Of a stretch of DNA of 64,000 nt, positions 24,300 to 38,266 are shown piece by piece. The notes below the pieces were generated by a model that was not told where the DNA came from, did not search any database, and saw only the letters and a list, made by a program, of their open reading frames with translations. Position 1 is the first letter of the stretch; each line of letters starts with the position of its first letter. Source of the stretch: Amoebophrya sp. A120 (lineage: Eukaryota; Protista; Dinoflagellata). Location of the stretch: contig CAJINV010000005.1 of NCBI GenBank assembly GCA_905178155.1, positions 4,009,556-4,073,555 on the forward strand. The letters are read 5' to 3'. The position numbers were made by a program, and so were the translations under genes.

Positions 24300-27200
24300 C
24301 GATGAGGGAAGTGGGCGAAAACGCCATCTGTTGGTAGGAGTTGCAGGAGAACAGGACTTGTCCACCGGAAACCTGTTGGTACGAGCCGCTTGTTGTATTC
24401 AGGAGGCAGCTGTGATTGAAGTTGAACGGGGATGTATCCAGGAAAAAAGTGTTCTTCCATCCAGTTCCACATTTTCCTTTCGCAGATTTTTCAGCAAGAA
24501 CATTTAATACAGGTCAAGTGGTCCTCTCCTGCAGGACCAGGACCACAAGAAAACTTTGCAACGCGGAATAAAACACGCGTGGAACGAGATAACTCCCAGG
24601 CATAATTGGGGGGCATGATAGAGGTTGTCCGTCTTGCTTCTCTATGGTTGTCAGTCCTGCGACATCACGCATTGTCTGTGCAAACTGTAAATGCAAAAAC
24701 ATTTTTCCTCGCTTAGGACAGCTGAAACTGCGGCGCGAGAGCTGCATGTGTGTCGCCAGTTATGGAGGTGGTCCACGACGTGCCGCACTGAGCGGCGCCT
24801 GATCCCCTGTGGGGCGGCTCTTGCTGATGTTCGTGTCGCGCACCATAAATGCACAGCGCACTATTTTCCACAGTAGCGCTGGATGTCGAAGCTTCTGCGG
24901 CAGTGCCTCGGCAAGACTGCGCGGTCATCTGGTGCCCCCGGGAAACCATTTTAATATTCGGGGGCCCTGGCTGTATGTCCCCAGTAGTTCTTGCAGCAGC
25001 AGTTGCGATGTCAGTACCTACATTCGCAGCGGGCACCATCTTCTGGTGGTGATGGTGTTGCGCGCTGCAAGAAATTCCGCCGACGGTCGCGGCCACGACA
25101 GCTGCGCCAGAAGTAGACGGGTAGTAGGGGTAAGTCGCACTATAAGTGGGTTGTGCTACCACAGGTGTAGTTCCGCCACCGTCAGCAAGAGATAGGCCAT
25201 CATAGGCTTGGGTCTCATGCGGCCGCGCTCCTACCCCGCCCAGTGGCGCCGGAACCGGCGGCACAACCAGGGCGCCGGCTGCTGCAAAGTCTTGATTCGA
25301 GGGTTGCCGTTGCCCGCACGGCAATGGCAAGAGAGCCTCTCCATTTTCAGACAAATAGGCCTGGCACTGCGCGGTTGACGTCGGTGATGCTGTCATCAAT
25401 GCAATATGATCCACGGGTCGCCGTGGCCGACCGCTTTCCTGATGGTGCTCCCGACTGCAGCTCGCAGGAAAAGAAGTGGCAATCCTTCTACTATCCGCTA
25501 CCGCGCCCTCGACCGCGTCGAAAAATGCTACCGCAGGGGGCGAATTTGGGTAGTTTGATGCTCGGTTGTGATTTCTGCCCTGCAAACAAGCGGGGGTCAG
25601 TCCTGGCGGAGGGCCGTCAAAGGAGGTGGTGGACACGATCCAAGAGGACGACTGGCCGGGATCGTAGTGCAAGTGGTGTCGTTGCTGATCCCCCGCCAAC
25701 TGTGTCCCCGTGTAGGAGGATCGCATGATATGAGAATAAAGAAAACGACCCTCCCTAACCCTTCCCTTCCATACCCAACGGGAGACTAAGATTTGCTTTC
25801 GCACTGACACTGCAGAAGCAAATCACTTTTGCTGTCCGGGGCGTCGTACATCAATTCGTGTGGAACAGAAACGCGCGCCAGCATCTTTCTCGACGCACAG
25901 CTGGGTTGGCACGAGTAGAAGCCAACTCAGCTTCACAACTGCTGGCGGAACAAAGCACGCATGTAAGATGCTGGAGTCATGCAATTCAGCATGCATCTAC
26001 GATGGATAAAGATAGTCACTCATCGAACTCTCGAGCATAACTGGAATGACAATGATCGGGGATACGACAATGATCGGGGATTGGCCCTTTTCCTCATGAT
26101 ATGGATCGTTCGCCGAAAGACTATGAGAAATAGTGCCGACGTCGCGCGGTCCAACTGAGCCACGATAACTTCCATGCAACTCATTGGGAGGACGAGCGAA
26201 AGACGATGAAGAAGAACTTCTGCACGTCGACACAGCCAGGCGAGCAAGCATTCGCTCGGCGTTGATGGGACAGAATGAGCTCGCACTCCCCTCAGCGCAA
26301 GAATATGGTGAATGAGAATGACTAGACACAGGAACTACCCGGGAATTCGCTGATGGTGACGAGGAGGAGGAGCCAGCACCTAAGCCGGGGGTGCCGTAGT
26401 ACCGCTGCGTCGTATGCGTTTCAATACAACCCATAGTACGATCAGCAATTTCATCTCTTGGTCGTTGCGGATGAACGGTTCTGCTAGAGGCATCAAAGTG
26501 ATCGTCTTGGCGAGCTTGAGAAGGAACTTTCTGCTGGTTCATCCCTGGAGGTGCAGCTCCCTTCGCTCGCCGCGGGGGACTTTTAGGGTTTACGTCGTCG
26601 AAGTCTAACCCGGGAGGAAACTGGAGGGCGTTGTGTTCACCAGGAGGCTGGGAAAGTCCACTGCCACTCTGCAGAACAAAACGCTGTCCTGATGCTATTG
26701 TTGTTGGTGCTGGCTGCTCGTCGGCTGCACAACGGTCGAAGTAGTCTGGAGGTTCCTGATGGTTTTGGTTATCGATGAAAGCTGCATTTCGACCAACATG
26801 GTGTGCTGTGCAGGGTTCCCTTGTGTCTGCGGACATCATCAACGCGACTCCCTCAGCTGCTCCACTCGGATGGCCATAGGTGACAGCTGGCGAGAAGTAC
26901 ACTCCTGATGTAGATCCGGCGTCAGCGAGGCCACGGCTCGTTCTTTCCGTCGTCCTTTGTGCTCCTCCTGTGTTACTACTATGTCCACCGCCCAGAAACC
27001 GTTCTGGTGTTCGGTGTTGAGGTTGCGCCGGTCCGCTCGATGCCGATGCGGTGAGGTACCGAACCCCGTAAACCATCGCAGGCGTTCGCGTTTGTGGCAG
27101 TCGAGATGAATTGAGTTTCATTCCATTCACTCCTAACGGTTTTATGCCCGCGCCGGCATGGCGTGCGGCGGGAGCGACTCTGTTAGTCGTGTCGTGAAAG

Positions 27201-29754
27201 CTACTGCACATTGCGGTTGTACAGAAGTGGTTCCCGCAGGAGTTTGCACTTGCCTCGACCTTCACCCGCGTGCCGTCTGGTAGCTTCTCCTGCGCGGAGG
27301 AGTGCAGTTGCTGCAGATTCCACCGCAGAACGACGTTGTCGTACGACGCCGAATACAGGTACCGTCCGTCCTTCGACAAGATCAAGGAACTGATCTGGTC
27401 GCGGTGCGCTCGGAGTGTGAGCAATTTCGACGCACTTGCTGTGGTTGCAGAACCAGAAGAAGACACGGAGGGTGGACTGGCGCGCCTCGCCTTCTCATTC
27501 TGAGCGGAAAACTTCTCCGTCGCTCGGGCTCTCGGGTCAATATTATCCTCTTTGCTTGTCGTTGTCCCCGACCCCGCCTGAGGATCACATGAAGAGGAAG
27601 CACTTGGCGGCGACGGGACTCCAGCGGTGGCCCTGCTCGAATTAGTAGGTGCGTCTTCTTGCGAGGAACTTGTTCCCCGGTCATCCCACACGCAGATAGT
27701 GCCATCGCGGTCCCCTGTGAACAGAAACTGGCCACAACGGCTGGCTGCCACGCAGGTGGCGTTGGCGTGGGGAAAGAACTGTGCCGCCATTCTTGAAGTT
27801 GGTGCTGGAGGCACGACTTCTTGCTCTACCTCGGTTCTCTCCTCGTCGCCGCGTGCTTTTGTGGGCGCAATTGTACTTCGATCACTGCGGTCGTGGCTGG
27901 ATAAACTTGCGGCTCCCTCGTGGTTCGGAGGCGGTTCTTGTAGATCCTTCGCGGAAGTCATGTTCTTGTTGTGGTCTCGCGTCCACGAGTAGACACCTTC
28001 CCGATTCGCGAGAAAAAGACGGTGGCAGCTCGAGAATCGCATATGCAGTGTGGGATTCTGTTCGTTCAGGGACAACCGGAAGGAACTTGCAGAGCAAATG
28101 GGACCACTGGAGCTGCTGGCCGCATCGTCCCTTTGCTCATTGTCGACGCAGCAATCGCCCGTCGTAGCTGTGGTTGCCTTGCTGCTACAGCTGTTGAGAA
28201 GACCTATCCCAAGGGTCGACTTGGTGGCCGAGCGAGAAGCGCTCGACTCGGCGTGTGAGGCTGCAGCAGCTGCATTTTGCGGTCGAGGAAGGGAGCTGTG
28301 AAAGAATTCGATGCGCCTCCAAGACAGGCGTGGAAAATCAACGGCCGTCAGCACTTTCTCGGCTGCTAGAAAGTTGGCCAGAAAAATCTGCAGATCTTCC
28401 TTGCCAATCTTCTTGGAAATGCGGACGCCCAGTTGCGTCCCTTCTGGAAGTACTACGGTCATGAAAACCGTCTCCTTGCGCTCTTCAATTTCTATGCCAG
28501 AGAAACGTGAGCACGAGCAGCAAGAACGATCTATGTTTCGTTCCAGCAACATCTTTGCACGACATTGTACTGTCAATGTTAGTGCCAGGCGTACTTTTGC
28601 GTACTGTTAAATTACTCCAAATCCAAAATCGAATGTCCACTGCTGATGAAAGGCATGATCAATCCAATGAATATATTCAATGAATATACAAGAAAAAGCG
28701 TAAGAATCGAGGCACATTTCTCCTTGGTAATTTTCGCGCTTTCGGCAATCAGAGAGGAGATAATTGCGGCGTCCGCTTTCTCCTGGTCCGTCGTACGGTT
28801 ACCACTTGACGGGGCGGAGCATAGTGCGTTGCCTTGATGGTGGTAAAAATTCTTGCTTCCCGAACCTCCCGTTCCTGCTCGAAAGCCGCATTTCTTACTG
28901 CTACCTCCGATCATCGTCTTTGATGGTTGCGGTTGACTGGCCATATTAAAGGCGCTGCCAGCAAGTTGCGCGCTCGATGACAGATGTTTTTGATGCAATG
29001 TCGTGCTGCCGTTGCTTTGTGTTGTCGCATAACGTCCTTGCTGCTGGGGCGAAGTCAAATAGCCGCGTCCTCCAGCGCCACCGTGCCTGGATGAAAAGGT
29101 CGCTGTTGTGCTCTTTCCACTGTTCTCGTATGTCTTTTGTGATGAAGCACTTCCCGCACCACCGCGAGGGCTGCTCGGCGGGGGGAAACCAACAGCTGCA
29201 GTCGATGCTGCAGCTTCATCCCTGCCGATTTTTCGCATCTCAATCTCCCTTTGGTCCTTATACGTTGTGGCAGTTGTACCACTACCCACGAGGGGCTGGT
29301 CCCTTTCTTGTACTACAGGAAAGCTCATTTTCGCATCTACACCATGGCCCAGCGCCGGCTCTGCACATTGTCTGGTCACTTTGGTATAATGCCGACGTGC
29401 GGAACTGCCACCCGAAAACTTGTCGTTGGTAGAGCGGTAGTCCTCTTGTTTCCTTGTGTCCCTGGATGACTTCCTGGTGTAATGATTGAAGTAACTGTAA
29501 TGGGACCTCTTGTTGTGCATGTGCTTCGGTTCCTCGTAGTGGCCAAGGTTTTTAGCAGAACATGAACCCGCGGCAGATCCTCTTGCAGAGGAAAGAGTTG
29601 CAGACGCAGCATTCTGCGCTGGTTCTGCACCAACCACTTTCCCTCCAGAACTTCCGAGGTGCTCCGGTTGCTGCTGCATGCTCGTCCTGTGCAAAAGTCT
29701 AAGTTGTGGTTGTCTCACACCCAGCACACAACTCGTACAAATTTCCGCGCACAA
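24300..29754 (-). CDS. Large low-complexity protein with WD40 repeats; probably the 5' part of the same gene
   Basis: Consecutive ORFs of 380, 859 and 365 aa; WD40 motifs ATCVAASRCGQFLFTGDRDGTICVWD and LRAHRDQISSLILSKDGRYLYSASYDNVVLRWNL; probable GT-AG intron at ~28570-28715. Start codon and some junctions are unresolved. Confidence 0.65.
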
Positions 29755-30667
29755 AAATGACGACTACTCCCTTTGAACAAGAATACTGCTGCATCATCTT
29801 TAAAACTTTATCGTACTCGAATGTTCTTGATCTTCGGCACTGTACACCATCCCGCAAGCAAGTAGTGCTGTAGTTGCTGGAGTGCGAGGGTACTTTTACT
29901 TTAGCCTTGCAACGCATACTGTGTTGGTGATGTCTATTCAAACCGCTTCCCCGCCCTCCATGCTGTCTACCTCTGCCGGTGCTGGAGCGAGACGTTTATC
30001 GTGAAAAACTGAAAAAATGTCCCCTTCCTGTTTCTGCTGCTGTAGGTGCGTCTGCGTCGTCAATGACAACTTGTATTAACTCCCGATTTATTACGATAAT
30101 CTAATTGCGCAAAGGAACAAACGGGAGGCAGAGGCACGATGGCGATCTATATTTATGTATGTGAAACATTGTCACGAATTTCATCCGTGGCACGTGCGAC
30201 ACTATAGCCGAGGCTTCTGCCATGCTCGACAGCTAGAAGATGGCTACCCAGCCAAAAGGTTCAGGATGTTCCTGCAATTCCTCTTCCTCTTCGCACGAGG
30301 GAATAGAATACACACTCACACCAAGTAGTCCAGCGTGACAAATCCAAACTGAAGTCGCGGAAATTTTTTTTTCTCCATGGTAACGACCCAACGCTTTCTG
30401 GCGTGCCGTGGATAGCTGCTTTACTTTTCCAATTATCCAATGCAACTACACGAGCATCAACAATAGCACTACGCCGCGCTTGGTGTTGTCTTTCCTTGTC
30501 CGCTGCACAATCAACACATGCAAGAGGAAAGACGGAGTAAGTAAATCTTCCGGCACAAGAACACCGGTATAGTAGCGAGGTATAGCGGTAGCGGAAAACT
30601 ACTAAGAACAGGAGTGCGGTTCGGAGTGATGTCGAAAAACGTGTGTCACGCGTCCGATAAACGGCTG

Positions 30668-33007
30668 CTAATCGTGCGCGATGCGGAGGGTAGAAGTGGC
30701 TTTCTTCCTGTGGTTGGTTTCGTATTTATCGATGATGATGTTGGCAGTGTGCCCTTTAGCGGACTGCTGCGTGCTACTCCCTCCTCCAGCCCGAGAGCAG
30801 CTGAGCGCCGATCTTCTATGACGAACAGTTGATCTACACCATAAGGGCGCGGCTGTTATGAGGCTAGGTTTTTTCGGACTTGGGTGTGGGCCACACACTC
30901 GCACACGTCGTTCGGGGGGGACCAAACCCGCACACACTGTAGCATTTCTGCATGGGTGTAGGGCGAATCTGATTATCTTCTAGCACCTATAAATACCAAT
31001 GTTGATGATGAACACTGCTACGTGTTGCCGTATTTCCAGACCCTTGCGTAGTTCCCTTTGAGCAGCAAGAAACAAATTATACCTTTACCTACAACTCCAC
31101 AAGGAAATAAATCAACAAGAAGTTTCTACATTGGCATGGTCCACATGGCCAGCAGGTCCTCCGTAGTTATACGCTGCTATCAAGGTGAAAAACAAACAAG
31201 CCCCAACCCCATGCCCATAGTTACATGCAAAGAAAGGGGTATAAGATTACTATTGGCCAGCCACGACAGATCAAGTCGTCAGTTTAGAAGCGACGAGATG
31301 CGAACCGTAGTGCTGTCTGGGCTGTAAAGGCGTTGCGAGTTCATCATGACACGAAAGAACTGCCCGGAATGGCATGACAAGAAATTGCCTGCGAACCAGT
31401 TTCATGTGGTCTCCTTGACTTCTGGCGGTGCAAGCGAATTGGAGTACACGAATCAGTAGCTATGCTAAAAAATCTCCCCTGAGAGTTGGGTGGACGGATT
31501 TTTCCTCAGGATAGCGGCACTGCAAGGCGCAGCACAGCTGGCCGTATCCGCTGCTCCCACTTTAGTAGCAGTTGGCTTAGGTGGAGCATGACTAGCGTAC
31601 TGCTGTAGCTGAGAACTGCTTTTGTGCGCAAAAGTACTACTATGCTGTTCGTGCGCGCCGGGTCCGGTTCGTCATCAAAGGAAAGTAGCGCAGTCGTGTG
31701 TTAGTGGCAGTTCATCTTGCTTGTTAATATCCACGGCACTATCGACGCATATTCGTGAACGACGCCATTGAAAGGTGAAGTGATAATGATAACGATAACC
31801 ATGCAAGGAAAAACTAAAACAGGGTAGTTACTTTGTTTTATATTATCATGTTCATGGCGACGTTTCATCGCCATCGGCAGCAATCGAAGTGGGCAAGACA
31901 GCAGGAAGTTCTTTTTTGTAGGCACTGATGCACGTACACGTACTCCTACTCGATCACCGGGATACACCTTCTCCGCCGCCGCCTACCACGGATGCACCTC
32001 CTATCCTGAGTAAAAACGTACCCACACCAGAGTTGTAATGCAGATTTGCAAAGACAGGAAGACTTGTAATGCGCATCCCCATGAGAGCCATTTCCAGTCG
32101 TGTTTTGGAATTTGTGATGCTGTGAACAGGATGAGCAGATGAATCTGTGATGCTGCTGCAAATGCTAACCTGCACTACACTGCAGAGTGCAACTTGTCAT
32201 GCGTGACTCACAAAACTCCTAGGTTTGTGTTGCAAAATCCCCATCCTGACTCTGGTGTGGGTACGTTTTTACTCAGGATACCTCCTCGCCGCGAGGACGC
32301 CGTTGTTGAGGTGTTATCAACACGTTCACGTTCACGATTTCCAAGTGAATGACTAGATTGCCATCTGCTCCAAGAGTTCTTTGTCCTGCGCAAAGCTGTC
32401 ATATGCGGTTACGCCCAAGAAACTTGTTCATTCGTAGTACTGATGACCTTTTTTTTTATCTATTTCTCGGTCAGAAGTAGAACTGCCAAGTGTTGGTTCT
32501 GCTCTTGAGAGTTGACGAAGACCAGTTTACAAAACCCGTTCATACAACAGTTGGACCGTACACGAATACGATAGCCAAGTGCTCAATGCATATCACTGTA
32601 CCCATTGTGCCGATTTTGGAAATGCGAAGCTTCTTCGGGACACCGGCCAACGGTTGCGTCATACAACGACTGCCTTAGCTTGAGTCTTATGATATCGAAA
32701 AAGAGAAGTGGCCTCAGGAACTTGAAATTGAATACAAAGTGACAAAATAAATGCAAGAAAGAATATTGCAAGCTGGAGCTGCGTGTGGCAAGTGCAGGAA
32801 TACTATATGTAGATATTTCGAGAACAAATACAAAATGCAAAATCGGACGACGCCAAAAGATCTTTTTACGATATCGCCGGCGTTCACGTTAGCCATTGCA
32901 CCGACGCAAGTCCCCGTAGCCGTCGCGCTGCCGGCTGCTGCAGCCTCTGGATCCACCGAGCAGATCTGGTGGACTTCGTCCTCTCCCGTGTGGTCACTAC
33001 CGCTCAT
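30668..33007 (-). CDS. Hypothetical multi-exon low-complexity protein (tentative model)
   Basis: Introner 32002-32280 joins RRGG|ASVV in frame; a decayed element at ~30854-31513 (flanks gcggc) joins CSAA|PLWC. Confidence 0.35.
32002..32280. mobile_element. IR introner, family C
   Basis: Perfect ~30-bp TIR tatcctgagtaaaaacgtacccacaccagagt; TSD cctcc; can be drawn as GT-AG. Confidence 0.94.
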
Positions 33008-35217
33008 TGTGCTAAGAACCGGTCCTATCGCTGCGTAACCGCTACAGGACTTCCAGGGTCGGGCGGAATAGCAGCAGCAAGGTCTTCCGAGGTTGACAGT
33101 GGCCCAAACTTGGATCTTGTAAAAAAATGCGATAGAAACAAGGATAACAATTACATTAAAAGTACATGCACTTCTGCACCGCCGCCTTACTGTATTTCTT
33201 TACGGGCGTGATCGATTGCGAAGCGAAAACACTGCCCAAGAGCAGTTTTACCACGCAACGCAAAGAACCATGGCCTAGAAATCAGATAAGACCCAAGCAG
33301 GACAAGACCTCCAACTCTCTACGCCCTTTGCAAGATCGTGGCATACGGACAAGTACGTCCAAGAACTCCGCTCGACTCTCAGAATGCAGATTTTATTCAG
33401 CAAGTACAGAAGAATCTGACATGCATAGTGAATTGGAAAATCGCTCACGTCCGTATCTGTAGAGCTGATGAAAAACAAAAAGCAATCGCTGTTCCTAGTG
33501 GCACTCAATCCTAGAAGAGCGTCTTCATACTTTTCTGCGCTCAGGGAATTCGAACATCAACTGTAGACGAGTAAAGATAATAGTAATACATATGGCTCTG
33601 TATCTGCGATCGTGGAGCTGCGTGGTATCTGTTATACATAGGTAAATTCCAACATGTTCGCGTAATCACCTTCACTTTGCAACTAAAAAATGGCGAGCGA
33701 GCACAGCTGCTGCCCCTGCTGAAGATGTCGATAATTGAAAAAATAATGCTGTATAAATCCAGTTACCAGTAGTAGCACTCTTCGTCTGGACGAGCCCGAG
33801 TCTCCTCCAAAGAAAAAAATCATCGAAGTAACATTTTTCTGCTGCAATTACTTCAGTCATGTATCCGCTAGACCGCAGCGTTTTTTAACAAACAACTCCA
33901 AGAACTCAGCATGAAAGAGATCAATGTTTCCCCCTTTATGTTCGGCTTTATTCCCTCTTTGCGGAACGCGGACGCCCGTGGCGCAGCCCCGAATACATAA
34001 GACGAAACACCTACTAGAGTGGTCGGCATAATTATATCCCTCTTTGCTTATGATCATACATAAGTAGTGGCTTGATGATTTCAGTATTTTTGCTGCTTCT
34101 AGGAGATCGCTTACTTTTTATTCCGTCCTGGAAGTAGAGCACCTTAATCCCTACCAGTCGGACCTTGAGTTGTTTGCTTTCGGGGCAATTTTTGTTTGCG
34201 CTTCAGTGGGAGTGTTGTGTTATTATGCTATAATTCGTGCGACTCGCCGCTGCCAATTAAATCGATGCCTTCACCTGCCACAACCCCATGACACCACCAC
34301 CTCCAGCAAACAAAGTTTAAGTTACTGTTTAGTAAAATATTTTCAGCTTTGGTGTGTGGAAGAGGCCATAGAGCCGAGCCGGAGCCTTTCTTCTTCAAAC
34401 GACGTCTACACGAGTCATCCAATTTCATGGACGAGCCTCTATTTATGGGGGATCCTGAAGATGCTTTACTCGTTGGCGGTTTTTCATCTACACATCTACA
34501 TGATCATGGAAGAGTCAAACCGTGCATAAGCAAGGAAAAGTTCTTACACTATACATGAGACTGCACAGCCATTCTTCGTAACTTACTTCTACGCGAGGCG
34601 CCCCAAGAAAATACAATGGGTAGCACAAGAAATCATGAAAGTGTTTGCAGATCCCCGCACTAGTACTAAGTGCGCGCTACGAACGTCCGTGCTGTAGTTC
34701 GTTACTCCACTTTTTTTCCTGGAAGAGAGCGAAATTTTCGACGAGAGTCTAGCTCCGGGGCTGATGTTGCCCATGCCATTACGAAAGGGAAAGGCAAAAA
34801 GTAAGAAAAACGTAAGCAATAGGCCGCGAAAAGTAGGAGCTTCTTTCAGTAAAAAAAACAAATAAAAAGAATCTTTGCGGCAAGTTTTTTGGTTTTTGCC
34901 CTCTTTCTTCAAAGTCTGCTAGGTGGAGTGACATCGTCCTTCTTTCGAGTCCACCCAGATGAAGTTTTCCTATGTATGAAAATACTTACATACTTTAGTC
35001 TGCTTCTTGTCTTTGTTTTACTGAGTTACATGATTTGATTTTTCGCCCGATCGCGGAGTGCTGGAAAATGAGCAAATCGAGCGATATCGCAATCGTCGGA
35101 CACAGCTGACCCAGATTCGGCACAATCGACGAGGCACCTGAAGAACGAAGTCAATACTGAGCCCAGCTTTAGTCCATCACGGTAAATTAATAGATTCGCG
35201 TCCGCCCGCGCGCGCTT

Positions 35218-38200
35218 TCAGATGGCTGACATGTGGAGGTAACTCCGCAAGAGGCGATCGGTGGGTGTGGTGGCCGAGTCGGACGTGATCTTCTTATCCG
35301 CCCGAAATTCTTTCATGGTGTTGGTGATACCCTTTGCTAGCACTTTTCCGAGCTCCACGCCGTACTGTAAAATATATTCAAGACAAGAAATTTATACAAC
35401 GTAAAGAACGCTGTATTGGAGGCACTGCGCCGGCCATAAAAAAATATCTTCTTTTTCATGTATACTAGAACCAAATCAAGGCGTAACTTCATCAGGTGGT
35501 GTTCGTTTTTTGGCGGAAGGAAAACTAGAATGAAAGGCGGTCGTTGCCTTTTTTTGCAATGATATACTAATCACATATCAGGTATGAGTAAAAACAAATA
35601 CCTGATCGAAGCTGTTGATCCCCCACAACCAGCCTTGCACCGCGGTCCGGTGTTCATACAAGGCCAGCAGAAGACCCACCGTGCGGGCGTCGCACTTGCC
35701 ATCGAAGAGCAGCATGAGGGAGGGACGGTCCCCGGGGAAGGTCTTGTGCGCGACGAGCTCGGGCTTCAGTTGCGGGTCGCCCTTTTGCACTTCTTCGGCC
35801 GATCGCCCCAGCGCGAGCGCGTTCGGTTGCGCGAAAAAGTTGGCCATCAGCTCGTCGTGGTTGGACAGTGCCCGGTCTTGGTGGTGCACGGCGTTTTGCG
35901 ACTCCGTGAAGCCGATGAATTCTGCGGGGATCACGCTGGTACCCTGGTGGAGCAGCTGGTAGAACGAGTGCTGGGCGTTGGTCCCCGGCTCGCCAAAGTA
36001 GGTAGCGCCCGTTTGCAAGTCCACGGGCTCGCTCTTCGGGACAACCGTTACCCTTTTACCGTTCGACTCCATGTCCAGCTGCTGAATGTGGGCGGTGCAT
36101 TATCGACGCGTGTCAACACACGACCAACTCCTCGTACGGGCGGGTGACAGCTGCACCCGCAAAAACATGATTGCAGATTGCATCTCATTTGATCATTGAA
36201 AACTTTTCGTTCAAGTCCTGCACTTACTGCAGATGAAACTGCAGTTTTCAATATGCACAAAATGAAGATTTTGCCGTTTGTGAGCGCGAATGTAGACCAC
36301 GATGTGGTTCTCGATATTACTAGAATTGACTCCCCCTGCTACGAACGTGGTCACCATGTACATTTAGTGTTCATCCGGACTTAAGTATTCGTATTTATTG
36401 AAGCAATAAATCATGGCACAGAAGAGACTTTCTGGATCGCTCGTACGGGAAAGGCAGTTGTGCGCGGCCGCGCGACACGGATGGCGTGTGATAAGAAGCG
36501 GTGCAGCGCCTGGCAGTACGGCAGAATTGCGCAGCTCTCAAGGTCCAAAAAACTCCGGTTCCAGAACTGGACTAGACCCATCAGTACCGGGAGGTTCTCC
36601 GGGAGTGGCGCGGAAAAAAAGTGCTCGTCCATTTCGTTCGCACCCGCCAGAAAGGCGTCCACAATGCTGGGGCCGAACTGCAAGGAGAGCGGGAGGAGCC
36701 CGACCGCGCTGCACACCGAGAACCGTCCCCCCACCCAGTCCCAGAAGTCGAAGGTCTTGGTGATCCCGAACTGCTTGGTCAGCACCTTGTATCGTACGAA
36801 AAAAGTGTTTCACTGTAACGATGTTGCAAGTTCTGCATCACAGAGAAAATTTGCCATGCGAGATTCCTAAGGGAAAACACAACTAAAAATCCATGGTCTT
36901 GTATGTGTAGCAAGACAAATACATGTGAGATACATTTTCTGCATGACAAGTTTACAGTGAAACAGTTTTTTCTTGCGATACCTTGTTCGTGGAGACCGCG
37001 ACCACGTGGGTGGAGACGATGTCGTCGCGCGACACGTTGTATGGATTGCAAAAGTGTCTGGGTCTGGAAGGTTGGAACTTGTAATGCTAGCTTTCCATAC
37101 ATAGAAAATCTGTATTGCATAACCAACAAAAGGCGCAGCCTCCTTTGTACAGGCAAAAACGCAATTTCTCATGCGGATTGCCTATGAGAAAGCGTTCTGG
37201 AAAGTTGTCATGCTTGGTTGCATTCGAAACTGTTTCCATCATCCACATTTTAGCATCACAAGTTTCCAGACCCAGACATATAATTTGCATTTGATACGTT
37301 GCCGGGCACCTTCTGGCGCAGTTTTTCGAGCAACCACGCGTTCACGACGGACTCCGCGTTCAAGATGGTCTCCGCGGTCGTGAAGGTTTTGCTGCAGATC
37401 ACCACCAGTGTGGTCTCCGGGTCGAGGCCCGCGGTGGCGCGCTTGATGTCGATGGGGTCCACGTTGGCGAGGAACTGCGTCCGGCGGTTGCGGCCGGCCG
37501 CGGCCGCGTCGGGCTCCGTTTTCAACGCTTCCAGGACAAATTCCACCCCCAGGTAGCTACCCCCAATCCCGATGGAAAGCACGTCGGTCAAGGGTTTGCC
37601 CGTGATCCCCACCCACCGCCCGCTGCGGACCTCCTCGCTGAACTCCCGCACCTCGTTGCGAACCCGCAGCACCTCGTCCCGGACCTCGGCGGCGTAGAAA
37701 TGTGCGGACGACGACTGCGGGTTCAGCCGCAGGGCGGAGTGCAGCACTTTGCGGTTCTCGGTCGGGTTCATCACTTCGCCAGAGACCATGCCCAGGATCT
37801 TCGTCTGCAGCTGACACTGTTCTGTCGCGTACTGCAGTAGTTTCTGCAGGATGGGCACGTCCACCTTCTGGCGCGTGAAGTCCGCGACGAGGCCCAAATT
37901 GCGGGGCGCGCCGCTGGAAGTGGGTTGGGCTGAGGCCCCAGCAGCTCCTCGCGCTCCTGTGCTTCGCTTTTTGCTGCTCGGGCTACTGCTGCTGGGGCTG
38001 TTTTTAACACTGTCAACCTCAACTGCGCTCTCTGGTGCCTGCGGTCCCTTATTTTGCGGAGAACGCTGGGTTATTATTTCTTTGGCTCCCAAAAAGTAAA
38101 AGTTGCTGCGGAACAGCACCTCATTTCGGTCAGAGTCTTCGAGCAGAGTGCGGAGGTGCTTCTTCTTGATGTTCGCTGCCAAGGCCCGAAGCTCACCAAG

Positions 38201-38266
38201 AATCTCGCTCCGGGAAGTACTCATTTTGATGTCCACTGGTGTTCCCTTCGTGGAAGCCACCGTCAT
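35218..38266 (-). CDS. GPI: Glucose-6-phosphate isomerase
   Basis: Motifs TENRKVLHSALR, IGIGGSYLG, ICSKTFTTAET, VAVSTN, FWDWVGGRFSV, HIQQLDMESNGK, GEPGTNAQHSFYQLLHQG, INSFDQ|YGVELGKVLA. Introns: introners at 37040, 36790 and 36101, plus GT-AG 35365-35601. Alternative start at 38224. Confidence 0.97.
36101..36493. mobile_element. Old, degenerate IR introner
   Basis: tatc...gata ends with a weak IR; flanks diverged (sense CTTCT/ATGCA); removing 398 nt restores ALHRF-x-AHIQQL. Confidence 0.7.
36790..36980. mobile_element. IR introner, family H
   Basis: TIR tatcg(t/c)a(c/a)gaaaaaa(g/c)tgtttcactgtaa; TSD ccttg; can be drawn as GT-AG. Confidence 0.92.
37040..37296. mobile_element. IR introner, family A
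   Basis: Family A TIR; TSD cgttg. Confidence 0.93.
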
